Shown here: piece after piece, positions 26,116 to 37,959 of the stretch | Layout: each line of letters starts with the position of its first letter | Numbering within the stretch: position 1 is the first letter of the stretch | Source: Octopus vulgaris | Lineage: Eukaryota | Direction of reading: 5' to 3' | Assembly (NCBI GenBank): GCA_951406725.2 | Contig: OX597814.1 | Span: forward strand, 61,380,001 to 61,444,000 | DNA length: 64,000 nt | Made by a program: the position numbers and the translations under genes | Notes under the pieces: generated by a model | Told to the model about the DNA's origin: nothing | Databases searched by the model: none | Seen by the model: only the letters and a program-made list of their open reading frames with translations

Positions 26116-26611
26116 GATTGTGCAACCTGTGACTATATTGCATGATCTGAGATTGCTAGAGTGGGTGAAAGAGAAGAGGGGGATCATACATAAGCAAAAT
26201 GCCAGTTAAAATATTTTAAAGTACAGTCGTGTAGATTTTTTTTTTTAGGTGATTTTTGAAGAGTCGTCTCGTTTCCTTCCTAGATTGGTATCATTAATGT
26301 AGCTGATATTTAATTTCAGTGTATTGTGTTTGATTTATATTAGTAAAATGTAATATTAGCTTCTCATACAGTTTTCCCCAACAGATATTAACTTGTACTA
26401 GAAACATATATGAGAGTTGACAGAGAAAGCCCATTCAGCACATGCTGCAATTCTGCTGTCTAGAAGAAACTTTCAATTCAATAGATGATCACATATGAAG
26501 CTTATATTTGGGCAGTGTGGCTTGAGGTTCCTATACTATACACACTGTCGACAGTAATTGCAATGATGTAATTTTACCAAAGTTTTCATAAGCTACTGTG
26601 TGTGTGTATAT

Positions 26612-27001
26612 ATTTTATTCTTTTACTTGTTTCAGTCATTTGACTGTGGCCATGCTGGAGCACCACCTTTAGACGAACAAATTGATCCCAGGACTTATTC
26701 TTTATAAATTTAGTACTTATTCTATCAGTCTGTTTTACTGAACCACTAAGTTATGGGGACATAAACACACCAAAATCAGTTGACAAGCGATAGTTGGGGG
26801 ACAGACACAAACATACATATCTATACGATGTGCTTCTTTCAGTTTCCGTCTACCAAATCTACTCACAAGGCTTTAGTCAGCTCAAGGCTATAGTAGATGA
26901 CACTTTCCCAAGGTGCCATGCAATGGGACTGGACCTGAAACCATGTGATTGGGAAGCAAGCTTCTTACAACACAGCCACACCTGCACCTATATATGTATA
27001 T

Positions 27002-27054
<53 letters not shown>

Positions 27055-27352
27055 TGTTTCAGTCATGAGACTGCAGCCATTTTGGGTCACTGCCTTGAAA
27101 TATTTTTAGCTGAATGAATTGACCCCAATACATTTTTTTCAAAGCCTGGTACTTATTTTATTGGCCTTTTTTGTTAAATTTCTAAGTTATGCAGTTGTAA
27201 ACACACATATACAATGGGATTCTTTCAGTTTCCATCTACCAAATCCACTCACAATGCTTTGGGTGGGCTGAAGCTATAGTAGAAAACACTTGCCCAAGAT
27301 GCCATGTGGTTGGGAACCAAGCTTCTTACCACACAGCCACACCTGCACCTAT
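26612..27352 (-). mobile_element. Two tandem SINE family B copies separated by (TA)n
   Basis: Both end in CACAGCCACACCTGCACCTA (reverse-complemented head); homologous to 36062-36430. Confidence 0.8.
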
Positions 27353-27474
27353 ACACACATACATATATATAGCCACATTTCCTGGAATAAAGAAGTGGGT
27401 AATATAGTCATATCTGCACATTTATGGAGCAAGTCTCACCAAACTTCATCATAGAAAGCTATAGAAACCCACTT

Positions 27475-27669
27475 TAATCCTTTAGCATTTAGATTACTCA
27501 AAAGTAATGCTTATTTATTCACATTGATTAGTCATGCCTTATCTTGTAGCTTTGAGATTTCAATGATGTGGTTGTTTATTTTTAGAATAATATTGTAGGG
27601 TAAGAGCTGGTCACTTAGAAGATTGATTATTTTAGCCAGATATGACCAGTTTAAATGCTAAAAGGTTAA
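27475..27669. mobile_element. piggyBac-like MITE family 2 (diverged)
   Basis: TTAA-TCCTTTAGCATTTA ... TAAATGCTAAAAGG-TTAA; homologous to 53203-53421 in reverse orientation. Confidence 0.7.
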
Positions 27670-28814
27670 CTAGGTAGTTTTGCATAGTTCTAAAATTTAT
27701 GCCTTCCTTTTCACTAACAACAATGTACTGCATAGTCCTGAGATTTAAAGAGGCATACATTGTTCTTCAATGTTCTTCCTCAGAAAAAAAAAAGGGTTTA
27801 TTATGTGCAGTTTGGATGTCAACACTATCCAAAAGAAGTCTTGAGCCTTATATTTTTGTATAATCTCCAACAAATCTGTTACAGTCACAACAGGAAAGAG
27901 GCTGCAGCATTAAACTCTCTCATTCACAAAATACTGAACAAAAAGCTTAAATGAAATACATCATAGTGGTGTCCCTGTATGACAACAACAAACAGGTTGA
28001 TACCAGCAAAATACTAAAAAGATATGCATGTATACCTAAAATGAATGAATGAGCAATGTATATGTATGATTTTGATAGTTAATGTAGATTTGTCGTACAG
28101 TTCAGGTACATATTGTTGAAATCCATTGTAGATTAAAATATTGCAAAATAAAGTATTTTGTAAATTAAAGATATCTTGCATATAAATAACTATATGTACT
28201 GTACTTCTTGTCTTGGAAGGAATGGTTTGTTGAAATTCAATTATGGGTAGTAGAACCTTTTTTGATTCTTATTTATCTTTGAAACACAAACAAAATTCCA
28301 TTCAAGTTATTGTTCTTTACGTTCTTCAGTAATTTAAGAAATAGATGGAAGCAGAATTTGTGACACTTGCAGATGAGTTTGGAAATAATCTAATGATATA
28401 AATGCGAAAACTAATTTCTATGTGTCACACTTAGACCCCCCCCTCTCACTATTCAATGACTCTCCTACTATTCCTCATGATGTGGTGAGAGTAATAGTAG
28501 GCATAGAGTGGTGAAGACAGAGAGAGAGAGAAAGACGAAGAAATTTAGGGAGAGTTGATGTTTTATTAAAGTTGTAGTGTTGATGGTGGCAGTGGGAGTA
28601 ATAAAGAGAGAAGGAGGGAGATGATGTACAAATTTGTTTAACCATGTCTCTTTGACAGAAATTCCTGTTGCTAACATACTGAACATTATCATTTTTGTTT
28701 TATTTTTTGCTTTCTTACACACACATAAAATACACTTTAATTGAAATGAAGTTTCCCCAAAATTAACTTATATAATAAATGTGAATGTCAGTGTGTCACA
28801 CTTTTTCAACTTTA

Positions 28815-29052
28815 ATAAGTCCTTTCTACTGGAAGTACGAGGCCTCAAATTTTTGGGGGAGGGATTAAGTCGATTACATTGATCCCAGTAAGTAAGATGG
28901 TACTAACTTTATCAATGCCAAAAGCATGAAACGCTAAGTCGACACAGCGGAATTCAAACTCAAAACCTAACGGCAGACGAAATACTGCTAAGCATTTTGC
29001 CTGGTGTGCTAACGATTCTGCCAGCTCGCTGCCTTAGTATAACATAATAATG
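28815..29052 (-). mobile_element. SINE family A copy with ~42-44-bp flanking direct repeat
   Basis: Direct repeats at 28771-28814 and 29053-29094. Confidence 0.8.
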
Positions 29053-30932
29053 TATAATAAATGTGAATGTCGGTGTGTCACACTTTCAACTTTACTCCTA
29101 GAGGCTGTAGCCCAACATACCATTTTGGAATCAGGCTAACTTCATGAGTAAATTAAAAACATTCCGGGCCGAATCCAAACCCACAATCCTGAAAGTTTGG
29201 ATTCCCAAGTTTTCATTACTGTGATTGTTTTTGATGATTTTTTTTTTTTAACATGGCTTTTAAGCTAGTATGAAATAAGCTGTGTTTTGGAATATTAACA
29301 CAATTGGCTTCCCTAGACATTCTTAAATGTAATAAAGAAAAAAAATCTTATGATTGTGATGATCATGTTGTTAGTAACATTAGTCAGCACTAACAAGTGG
29401 TTCATCAGCTTGAGTCATTGAAATTTGCAACATAATGGATTTGTATGTTTTGACTGTTTGACACTGGAAACGGATATGTTTCTGATTCAGAAGAGAAAAT
29501 TTAGTATCAATTTAATTGTTATATCTCAACATACGATAGAAAACTGTAGATTAAGTAAATAGATTATTTATTTTTTGATATCTCCATTGTTTTCTATCAT
29601 TGAAATTAGTATTTAATTATTTTTTTCTGGACCTCTGTGTTAAGTAGGCTTAAAATTTGTTTCTAGAAACTTGAATAGAGGATGGTAAGGGAAAAATATT
29701 TAGTAATAAACAAAACCAAATTTTTAAAAAGCTGTAATCTGGAAGATTATAAGGCTTCAGATCTAACCATAAATTGATTGTAATAATCTTTGAGAATAGT
29801 TTTGTTATAAATTATACTTGATTACTTTGAATATATTTTTTGAAACTTCAGAACTGTTTAGAATTTATGTCTTTAACTTCTATATTTTCAAATAAGTAAT
29901 TCTCAGATCATTCTCCTTATGTGAAAGTGAAACCACTAATTTTAAATTTTAAATCATAAAATGGAATAATTTCATTTTAATTTTTGTATATCTGCAAATA
30001 ATTACATAGTGTGGCATCCTAGAATAAGAAGGATTGACTTGTCACCACCTGTTTGTCTTTTTTGACTAAAATTAATCATTTAGATAATGATAGTTCTTAT
30101 CATTAGGAGTGTAGTTATAATTTATTAAAATCTTACTACATCAAGTATGTTATTGCTCACTTTACTATTAAGTTTCCATGCAGCAAGCATCCCTGGATAT
30201 TTTTTGCCAATCACTCCTTTTAAGTTATGTCACTCATAAGTTTTTTGTGGACACTAGCCTTGCAGTTATAGGTAATAAACATGGATTTGACCAGAGTTGT
30301 CACCATTTCTACATTTCTAATTCATGAATTTTAATTAAAATTTCAAGGTTGTCGTCCTAGCACTTTTAACCAGTATTATTAGTTTAAATACTGATTATTT
30401 TAATCATAACTAAGGGTGTCATTAAAATCTTATTGACTAATTATATTATGTATGCTGGTAGTGTACATTTCATTATTAAGAATGAAGATACTTGAAACAC
30501 TTTGTGTTTCTGGAAATTGATGTAACTATTTAAACAAAGTGCTAGATTGAAAACAGATTACCATATTTAACTTAATGACATTTTCTGGCTCTTTACAATT
30601 TTGAGTTCAAATGTCTTTGAGGTTGACTTTGCTTTTCATCCTTTGGGGGTCAAAATATCAGTGCTATTTTAGTGTGCAGTCTATCACTATATTTATAGTC
30701 TGTTGTGAAATATCCTGATCTGCATCATGGATTGGGGTTGAATTCACTCTACAGTGTAAATGGCCAGGTTGACCACATGCTAAAGTGGCAGTGAAAAATT
30801 ATCAGTTGCACACAGAGGTCAGTGTAATTGACTACTCCCACCTCTCAAAATTGTTGGCCTTGTGCAAAAATATTATTTCACTTATTTTATATGTTTAATA
30901 CATGGGCTAACTTGTGTGTAGATTTTTCTATA

Positions 30933-31144
30933 TATTTCTTTACTGCCCACAAGGGGCTAAACATAGAGGGGACAAACAAGTGGATTAAGTCGATTACATC
31001 GACCCCCAATGTGAAACTGGTACTTTATTTATCGACCTCCGAAAGGATGAAAGGCAAAGTCGACCTTGGCGGAATTTGAACTCAGAATGTAACGACAGAC
31101 GAAATACGGCTACACATTTCGCCCGGTGTGCTAACGTTTCTGCC
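30933..31144 (-). mobile_element. Young SINE family A variant with 13-bp TSD
   Basis: AGATTTTTCTATA at 30920-30932 and 31145-31157; CpGs retained. Confidence 0.85.
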
Positions 31145-32699
31145 AGATTTTTCTATAACCAACTGCTCCTCCTGTTTCCAAGTAAGGTAATATATCCCTT
31201 TCACTGGACTGTGTTTTCATGGAAGACTGGAAATAAATGACAGCACTGGTCTGACAATGACAGTTGCATACAACCATCATGTGATGTCAAGACAAGGAAA
31301 TAAACATGTACACATGCACACACACACACACACACACATACACATAGCAGGCTTCTTTCAGTTTCTCTCTACCAAATCCACTCACAAGGCTTTGATCAAC
31401 ACAGGGCTATTATAGAAGGCACTTTCCCAAAGTACCATGCAATGGAACTGAATGTGAAATGATTTTGTTGGGAAGCAAACTTTTTAACCACAGTCATACA
31501 TGCACTTACCATTTTTACACATAGTCAAAGCCATTGTTTCTAGAACTAGTTGTACTTCCAAGTCAGTTGTGAAATATAATTCCACCTATTTTGATCTGAT
31601 ATAGCTAAACATGACTTGGCATTACAGTGCTTATAGAAGTTTGATAACTTACCCACTGTCTCTAATTGTGTATTTATCAATGAAACCTTTTTTTAAACTA
31701 TCTTGCTCACATGATTTGATGCTGAAAGAGTTACCTTGAAGAAGATACTGCTGAGATACCCAGATCTAGACAGAAATAAAGCATCTTAAATTCTCTAGTG
31801 GGGTATTGCAATTCTAAATTGTCTTTTAAAAAAATCACTTCTGTTTGTTTTGTTTGCACTAGAATTCTATATTAAGTAACTATTAACAAACCAAGAAGCA
31901 TATGGGTAATTCCATGCTCAGAACTTTTCTCTTTTATATCAACCTCTTTCCCCATCCATTTTTAATTTTAAGTCTATTGCATACTAGAAGAGTTCCAGTG
32001 CACCCTGTGGTTGTTTTCATAAACTCATTTCTATGATTGCTTTGTTCTAGTTTTTAACTTTCAGCCTATTTATATTTAGTTATTTTAGAAATTGTGTGTG
32101 TGTGTGTGTGTGTGTACATATACACATGTTGGTGTATCTGTGCCATTGATAATTTTAAATAAAGATATTTTAATATAGTTTGCATGAAATAATTTCTGAA
32201 TTACATTTTTAAATTTCAATATTGAACTTTCCCTCGTTGCTTTCCAAACGTTACCCAGCACTCACAAACACACTCCCCACCCCTGCACTCGGCAGGTCTC
32301 ACACCGGTGAACTTATTTATTTTCTGAAAATGATATCAGTTACCATGTTAATATGTTTACATGTGTGTTTGTATATAAATGCATATATATATTTGTATGC
32401 ATGTGTGTCTTGATCTCCTGCTAGTTCCTTCCATTTGGATTACTTGATACTGGCGTACTCTATTGTTTTACTCATCAAATGTTCATATCAGCTCATCCTG
32501 GACCTAGACTTTGCTTCCACATTTAGAATTTCTGCTAATTCTTTAAAAATTTCAGTTATGAAAACTAGCTCATAAGCAAAGTGGAATTCCCATCTACAGC
32601 TGTTTTAACCTGGTGAATTATAAATAGGACAGGCTTTAAGAAAAGAGCTTTGATGGACACTTAGCTGTATGCTTATTCTTTTGCTAAACTCATTGCCAA

Positions 32700-33300
32700 C
32701 AGCATTTCTGTATATGGTTTATATGACTTGCGCACACCATTCATGTATACCTTGTTTTCTTAATCTCTACCCACCAACCAGATTACAATGCATGATACCC
32801 TATCAAAGGCTTTTCCAGATCGACAAACAGTAGGCATAATAGTTTGCTTTTTGCTAAAAACTTCTGTAGTTTTATCATTTGAAAGAAGGTATCGGTGATT
32901 CCTTGTCTTGGGACAGATCTGAGCTGCATATCATGTGGGCCAACTTCTTAACTAGTTGTATTATTACTCTTAGTTGTTTTTTGAAATAACTAAGCTATAA
33001 CTAGATAAACCAAGTTATAACTTGGTCTATCAGTCTTAATATCACTGTAATTGCTTTTTTTGAGAGAATTTTCTTTGCACCTGTAGCAGTTGATGAATGA
33101 TATTGCTATGCTAGTCCTGTACTACCTCTTGACTAAGTAGTGCATTTTCTACTTGGCCAACTATTTTCAACATCTTGACACCTATCCTGATGATCTGTCT
33201 GCTTTCCTTGCTTTCCTAATCTTAATGGTCTTTTTAACCATATAGCTGTCAATTTCAATAGCTGGTCTCCTCTTCACTCACTCTTTCCTAAGTATTCTCC
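32700..33300 (-). mobile_element. Old RTE-like LINE RT fragment
   Basis: Reverse complement aligns loosely to the RT region of the 2222-6077 element (FVDLEKAFD-like segment near 32800-32830). Confidence 0.55.
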
Positions 33301-33602
33301 TCAGCAACTTCTATTAACAGTATTTATATAATTCATTCATCTTAGTGTCAATGATGCTGAGCCCATTGCTGTTTTTACATATATATTCCACTCCCCCATT
33401 CCTTCAACATTTTGATTTATACTGACATACTGCTTTGCAATTGGGAACACCTAATGTTACAGACATTGATATCTCTGATACAAACATTTATATATGCTTT
33501 GAACAGTGGTTACCAGATAGTATACTATAGGGTATAGTTAAGTGCACCATGAAAATATAACTGAAACGCTAAATTCATTTAAATTGTGTGTGTATGTATG
33601 TA

Positions 33603-33636
<34 letters not shown>

Positions 33637-33652
33637 AACACAAATGGTATTT

Positions 33653-33746
33653 AAAATTTACAACAGCTGTTTCAGTAGTATTTTATTTATGCATTTGTAG
33701 AAGATTACATCATAACACATGAGCCACTATCATCAGGTAAAACTTT
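33653..33746 (-). ncRNA. Type-I minimal hammerhead ribozyme motif (antisense to Khc)
   Basis: Minus strand: aaagttttac-CTGATGA-t-agtgg...ctact-GAAA-C-AGCT-G-TT-gtaaatttt; helix I, II and III all formable; palindromic AGCT loop. Confidence 0.65.
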
Positions 33747-33877
33747 ATAGAGGTAAGATTTCAAACAATCAGATTACTTACATTGATTTGGATAAATCCA
33801 ATGTCAGTTGGATCAGTCCTGATTGATGGACTGACATTGGGTTTGTCCAGATCGATGTAAGAAATCTCACCTGTTTA

Positions 33878-33968
33878 AAATTTTATCTGATGATGGTGAA
33901 TAATGTTATGCTGTAATCTTCTATAACTGCATAAATAAAATTCTACTGAAACAGCTGTCGTTACCTTA
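33878..33968 (+). ncRNA. Type-I minimal hammerhead ribozyme motif (sense to Khc), helix I degraded
   Basis: CTGATGA at 33887-33893, GAAACAGCTGTC at 33948-33959, long helix II; poor helix I pairing. Confidence 0.5.
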
Positions 33969-34194
33969 AATACCATTTGTGGTTACTTTTTATACCTATA
34001 CTACATCAAGAAGCGACTCCAGAGTCAGATCTATGGTTTAAATTGGATTTGGGTTAGGGTCAGCAATATCCTACCAACACTCAAGTGTCTTCTGTGTTGT
34101 TTACCTCACTGTGAGCTGTGTTATCATACCTAGCCATTTCTGACATTCTGTGTGTTGGTGTGCTTAGATTCTAATGAATCGTTATAAGTAGATC

Positions 34195-34587
34195 ATATTC
34201 TTTTATTTGTTTCAGTCATTTGACTGCAGCCATGCTGGAGCACTGCCTTCAGTCAAACAAATTGACCTCAAGACTTATTCTTTGTAAGCCTAGTACTTAT
34301 TTGATTGGTCTCTTTTGCCAAACCACTAAGTTACAGGGACATAAACACACTAACATCAGTTATCAAGCAATGGTGGGGGGGGGGCAAACACAGACACATC
34401 AACACACACACACATATATATATATAAAACAAGCTTCTTTCAATTTCTGTTTACCAAATCCACTCGCAAGGCATTGGTTGGCCTGAGGCTATAGTAGACA
34501 CTAGCTCAAGGTGCCACACAGTGGGACTTAATCCGGAACCATATGATTGGTAAGCAAGCTACTTATCACACAGCCACTCCTGCGCCT
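34195..34587 (-). mobile_element. SINE family B copy
   Basis: Ends in CACAGCCACTCCTGCGCC; reverse complement of 36062-36430. Confidence 0.85.
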
Positions 34588-36061
34588 CTCTGTTGCTATA
34601 GTATTACATTTCAAAATGCAAATTGCTTCAGAATTATGATAAATTTATCCTTTAATTATCTTTTCTGTGGCATAGATGTCATAGTGAGAATATGTTATAT
34701 GGAAGTCAGTCATGACAGATCCTAAAAAGTTTATTTTAAATAAAAATAATATAGCCACTTAATTTTCAGACTGTATTCAGAAATATACATACATTATAGT
34801 TTGTATTTTGTCAGCAATTTCAAAAGAACATCTAAGCTGTTGCAGATCACATTTTTATGACAATAATGATTTAAATGAAATTTGCTTATAAACTGCAACA
34901 ACTTCTCTTTCTCTGTCCAACTGTCTGTGTCTCTCTCATAAACTGAAAGTGAGTGCTATTATGAAGAAAAGAGAATGCTATTAGTACTTGTTGGTTGTTA
35001 AGACATTGATATAAGATATATCAGATTAAAATAAATCTGAAATAAGATCTGATATGAGTCTAGGACATTTATCCTCCATGGACAATTACCCCTGAGGACT
35101 ACAGATGATGATTTAAAACTTCTTAAGATATATCACTACAAATCTAAAACTTTGACATTGTGTAAGTGTAAAAATAGTTAAACTATATATGAATGACAAC
35201 ATTGTGAATGTCTTATTTATTCAACTAGATTGTCTCTCTCAAGAAAATAGTCATGCTCATTAGTTTTAGTTTATTGTTTGTGTGTAAATGTGTAAACAAG
35301 AATAGCTGGAATGGTGTTCCCCATAGCTCTAAGATTTTAATTGTGCTGGTCCAGTAATATATAATGTTTGGAATCAATTTAATGAATTATTCAAATCACC
35401 AAATTACTTTCATGCTTTATTTAGAAATTGTAATAATTATTTAGTACAATAGATTTATGAGCTATTTTTCCCCTGACTGTTTTACAGTCTGCCTTTCTAC
35501 AGATGTATGGACATAATGATTTTGTTAGGGTAATTGCTTAGCCATGAACTGAAAAAGTGAAAAGCCATGAAATGTCATTCTGACAGACTTACTCATGCAA
35601 GCCATTTTTCCCCCCATTTTTTTTTCTACTTTAACAGTGATTCAACACAGTGATTGTGTAATAAAGTTTGAAGTCATGACTAGTCTAGAATGAGTTTTAA
35701 TTCGTAATTATAAAACATGAACATTATATTTTATGAAAACTATGCTAAGTTTATAAAAAAAAATTAATTCACTATTGGCATTAAAACTAGTTTAGCAACT
35801 GTTAGAAATATGTCTTATCTGTTCTTGTATCACTTATCTTCTTAGCAATATTAAAATTTAAGATTTTAGTTTTTATGGAAACTACATAATGTTAGATAAT
35901 CTAACATTCACGTAGCAACAGTGAATCATGGAGCTGCTACTTACATTACATAGCAGTTTGTAAATACTTATATTTAGTATTAAATAGGTGAGAAACAAAT
36001 TTCTAGGATATTCTGCTAGTTTATTTATATTAACAAAAATCTCTGAACAATTATCTTGATA

Positions 36062-36430
36062 TAGGCACAGGTGTGACTGTGTGGTAAGAAGCTTACTTCC
36101 CAACCACATGGTTTGGGGTTCAGTCCTACTGTGTGGCACCTTGGGCAAGTGTTTTCTACTATACCTTTGGGTCCACCAAAGCCTTGTGAATGGATTTGGT
36201 AGATGGAAAGTGAAAGAAGCCCATCATATATACATATATGTATGTGTGTGTTTCTTTGTGTCTGTATTTGTCCCTCACCACTGCTTGACAACTGGTGCTG
36301 GTGTATTTATGTCCTCCATAACTTAGCAATTTGGCAAAAGAGCCCAGTAGAATAAGTGCTAGGCTTTAAAAAAAATTAATCCTGAGGTTTTTGTTTGATT
36401 TAATAAAAAAAACCTTCCAATAAGTAAAAT
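36062..36430 (+). mobile_element. SINE family B copy
   Basis: GGCACAGGTGTGACTGTGTGG head, GGTTCAGTCC, CCTTGGGCAAGT CORE-like block. Confidence 0.85.
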
Positions 36431-37959
36431 GGCTCTAAAAGAATATATGATGCAATGACTAAATATGCTGTTAGATACACTTTTTTTCTTGTTCATTAAG
36501 AACTGGTTATTACTTGTAACTAATGAGAATTTCTTACTCTCTAGTAAGACATATGTCATTACTTATATGTCTAGTGGGGGTTTCTTCCTGTTTTAATAAG
36601 TTTCCTTGTTTCATAATTGTTATACCTTGCCATCCCCCTCACTCCATAAACTATTGCGAGGTGTGTCTAATAAATGAATACAGTCCATAAAACACATAAG
36701 AACATGGTTCTAATTATTTTTACTTTTTAAAGAATGCTTTTTTTCTATCTCTTGCACTTATTATATGCTAACTCTTTTGTTCTTTCTTTGTTTTCTTTCT
36801 AGTTTATTGATAATCCATCAGTTTTAAGTGTGTGTGTTTGTTTGTGTGTGTGTGTGTGTCTCATGTTACAGGTGGTGCAGAAACTAGCTTCACCAAGATC
36901 ATTGATGATCATTTGGTTTCTGCACATTGTAAAAGATTGAATGTTTTACAGTAGCTTACCTCTCACCACCTTATTCATCATCTGTAATCTTATGACAGTC
37001 AGTGAAAATGCTAATTAAGAAAGAATATGCTTGAATCTTTTAAATACAAGCATTTTATTAACCTAGAATGAATGTTCCATTTTTCTTCTGATCAGATGGT
37101 AGTACACATGACCTTTTACAGCACCTCCAAGATAGGTGTGGGATGTGGTGGAGGGGAAGATATCCTTAAACTGGAGACCTGGTCTGAAGGCTTGTCATAG
37201 AATAGGCTCTGCTAAAGGCATCTAAGGTGCAGGTGATGAATTAAGTAGGCAATGGTGGGTTTTAAATTCAGAACATAAGGATTTGGAATAAATATTGCAA
37301 GGTATCTGGTCTGATATTCTTGCAGTTCCTCTAATTCACCATCCTGGATTGGTAGCTTTGGGGATTTTTTATTGCCCCCACTCCCACCCCCCTCTCGAAG
37401 GGTGACTGCAGAGTCGACCTTGGTGGGATTTGAACTCAGAGTTCAGAGACACAGACCAAATACCATGAGGCATTCTATCTAATGCCCTAATAACATTGCT
37501 AATTCACTGCCTATTTAAGCAATAGCACAAATCCAGAGCAATGTTTGCAAGCTGCATCTGAAAGACCTCTGTTATGAAGCATTTTATTTGAGACTCTTTC
37601 TGCTCTCACTCTTTCATAAAAAGTATCGCAGTCTCAGGCGACATTCTATCTATATAAATCAGTGCAGCTACTACCTTCAGAATGCTACACACCCATATGG
37701 AACAACAACAAAATTTTGACACAAATATAAAGTCTGTTTGGCTTTCTTTGTGTGCAGGTATTCTCTATTCAGACATGTCTCAAAAATTATGACCATTAGC
37801 CTATTCTGTCCACCACTTGTGCTGAGTATGACAGGCTCTGTGTGTGTTAATGTGTAATGGATGTCTTTCAAAGAGTATATTCTAGTGGCATAACAGTTAT
37901 TAGTACTAAAAACAAAACTACTGTGATGTCCTAAAGTGCATTCTCAATAGTGAGAATTT

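Larger units (their letters stand above)
33639..33981. mobile_element. ~340-bp foldback (long inverted repeat) element, Penelope pLTR-like, with a hammerhead motif in each arm
   Basis: Arms align antiparallel end to end (CACAAATGGTATTTAA ... TTAAATACCATTTGTG); abuts (TA)n. Confidence 0.85.
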
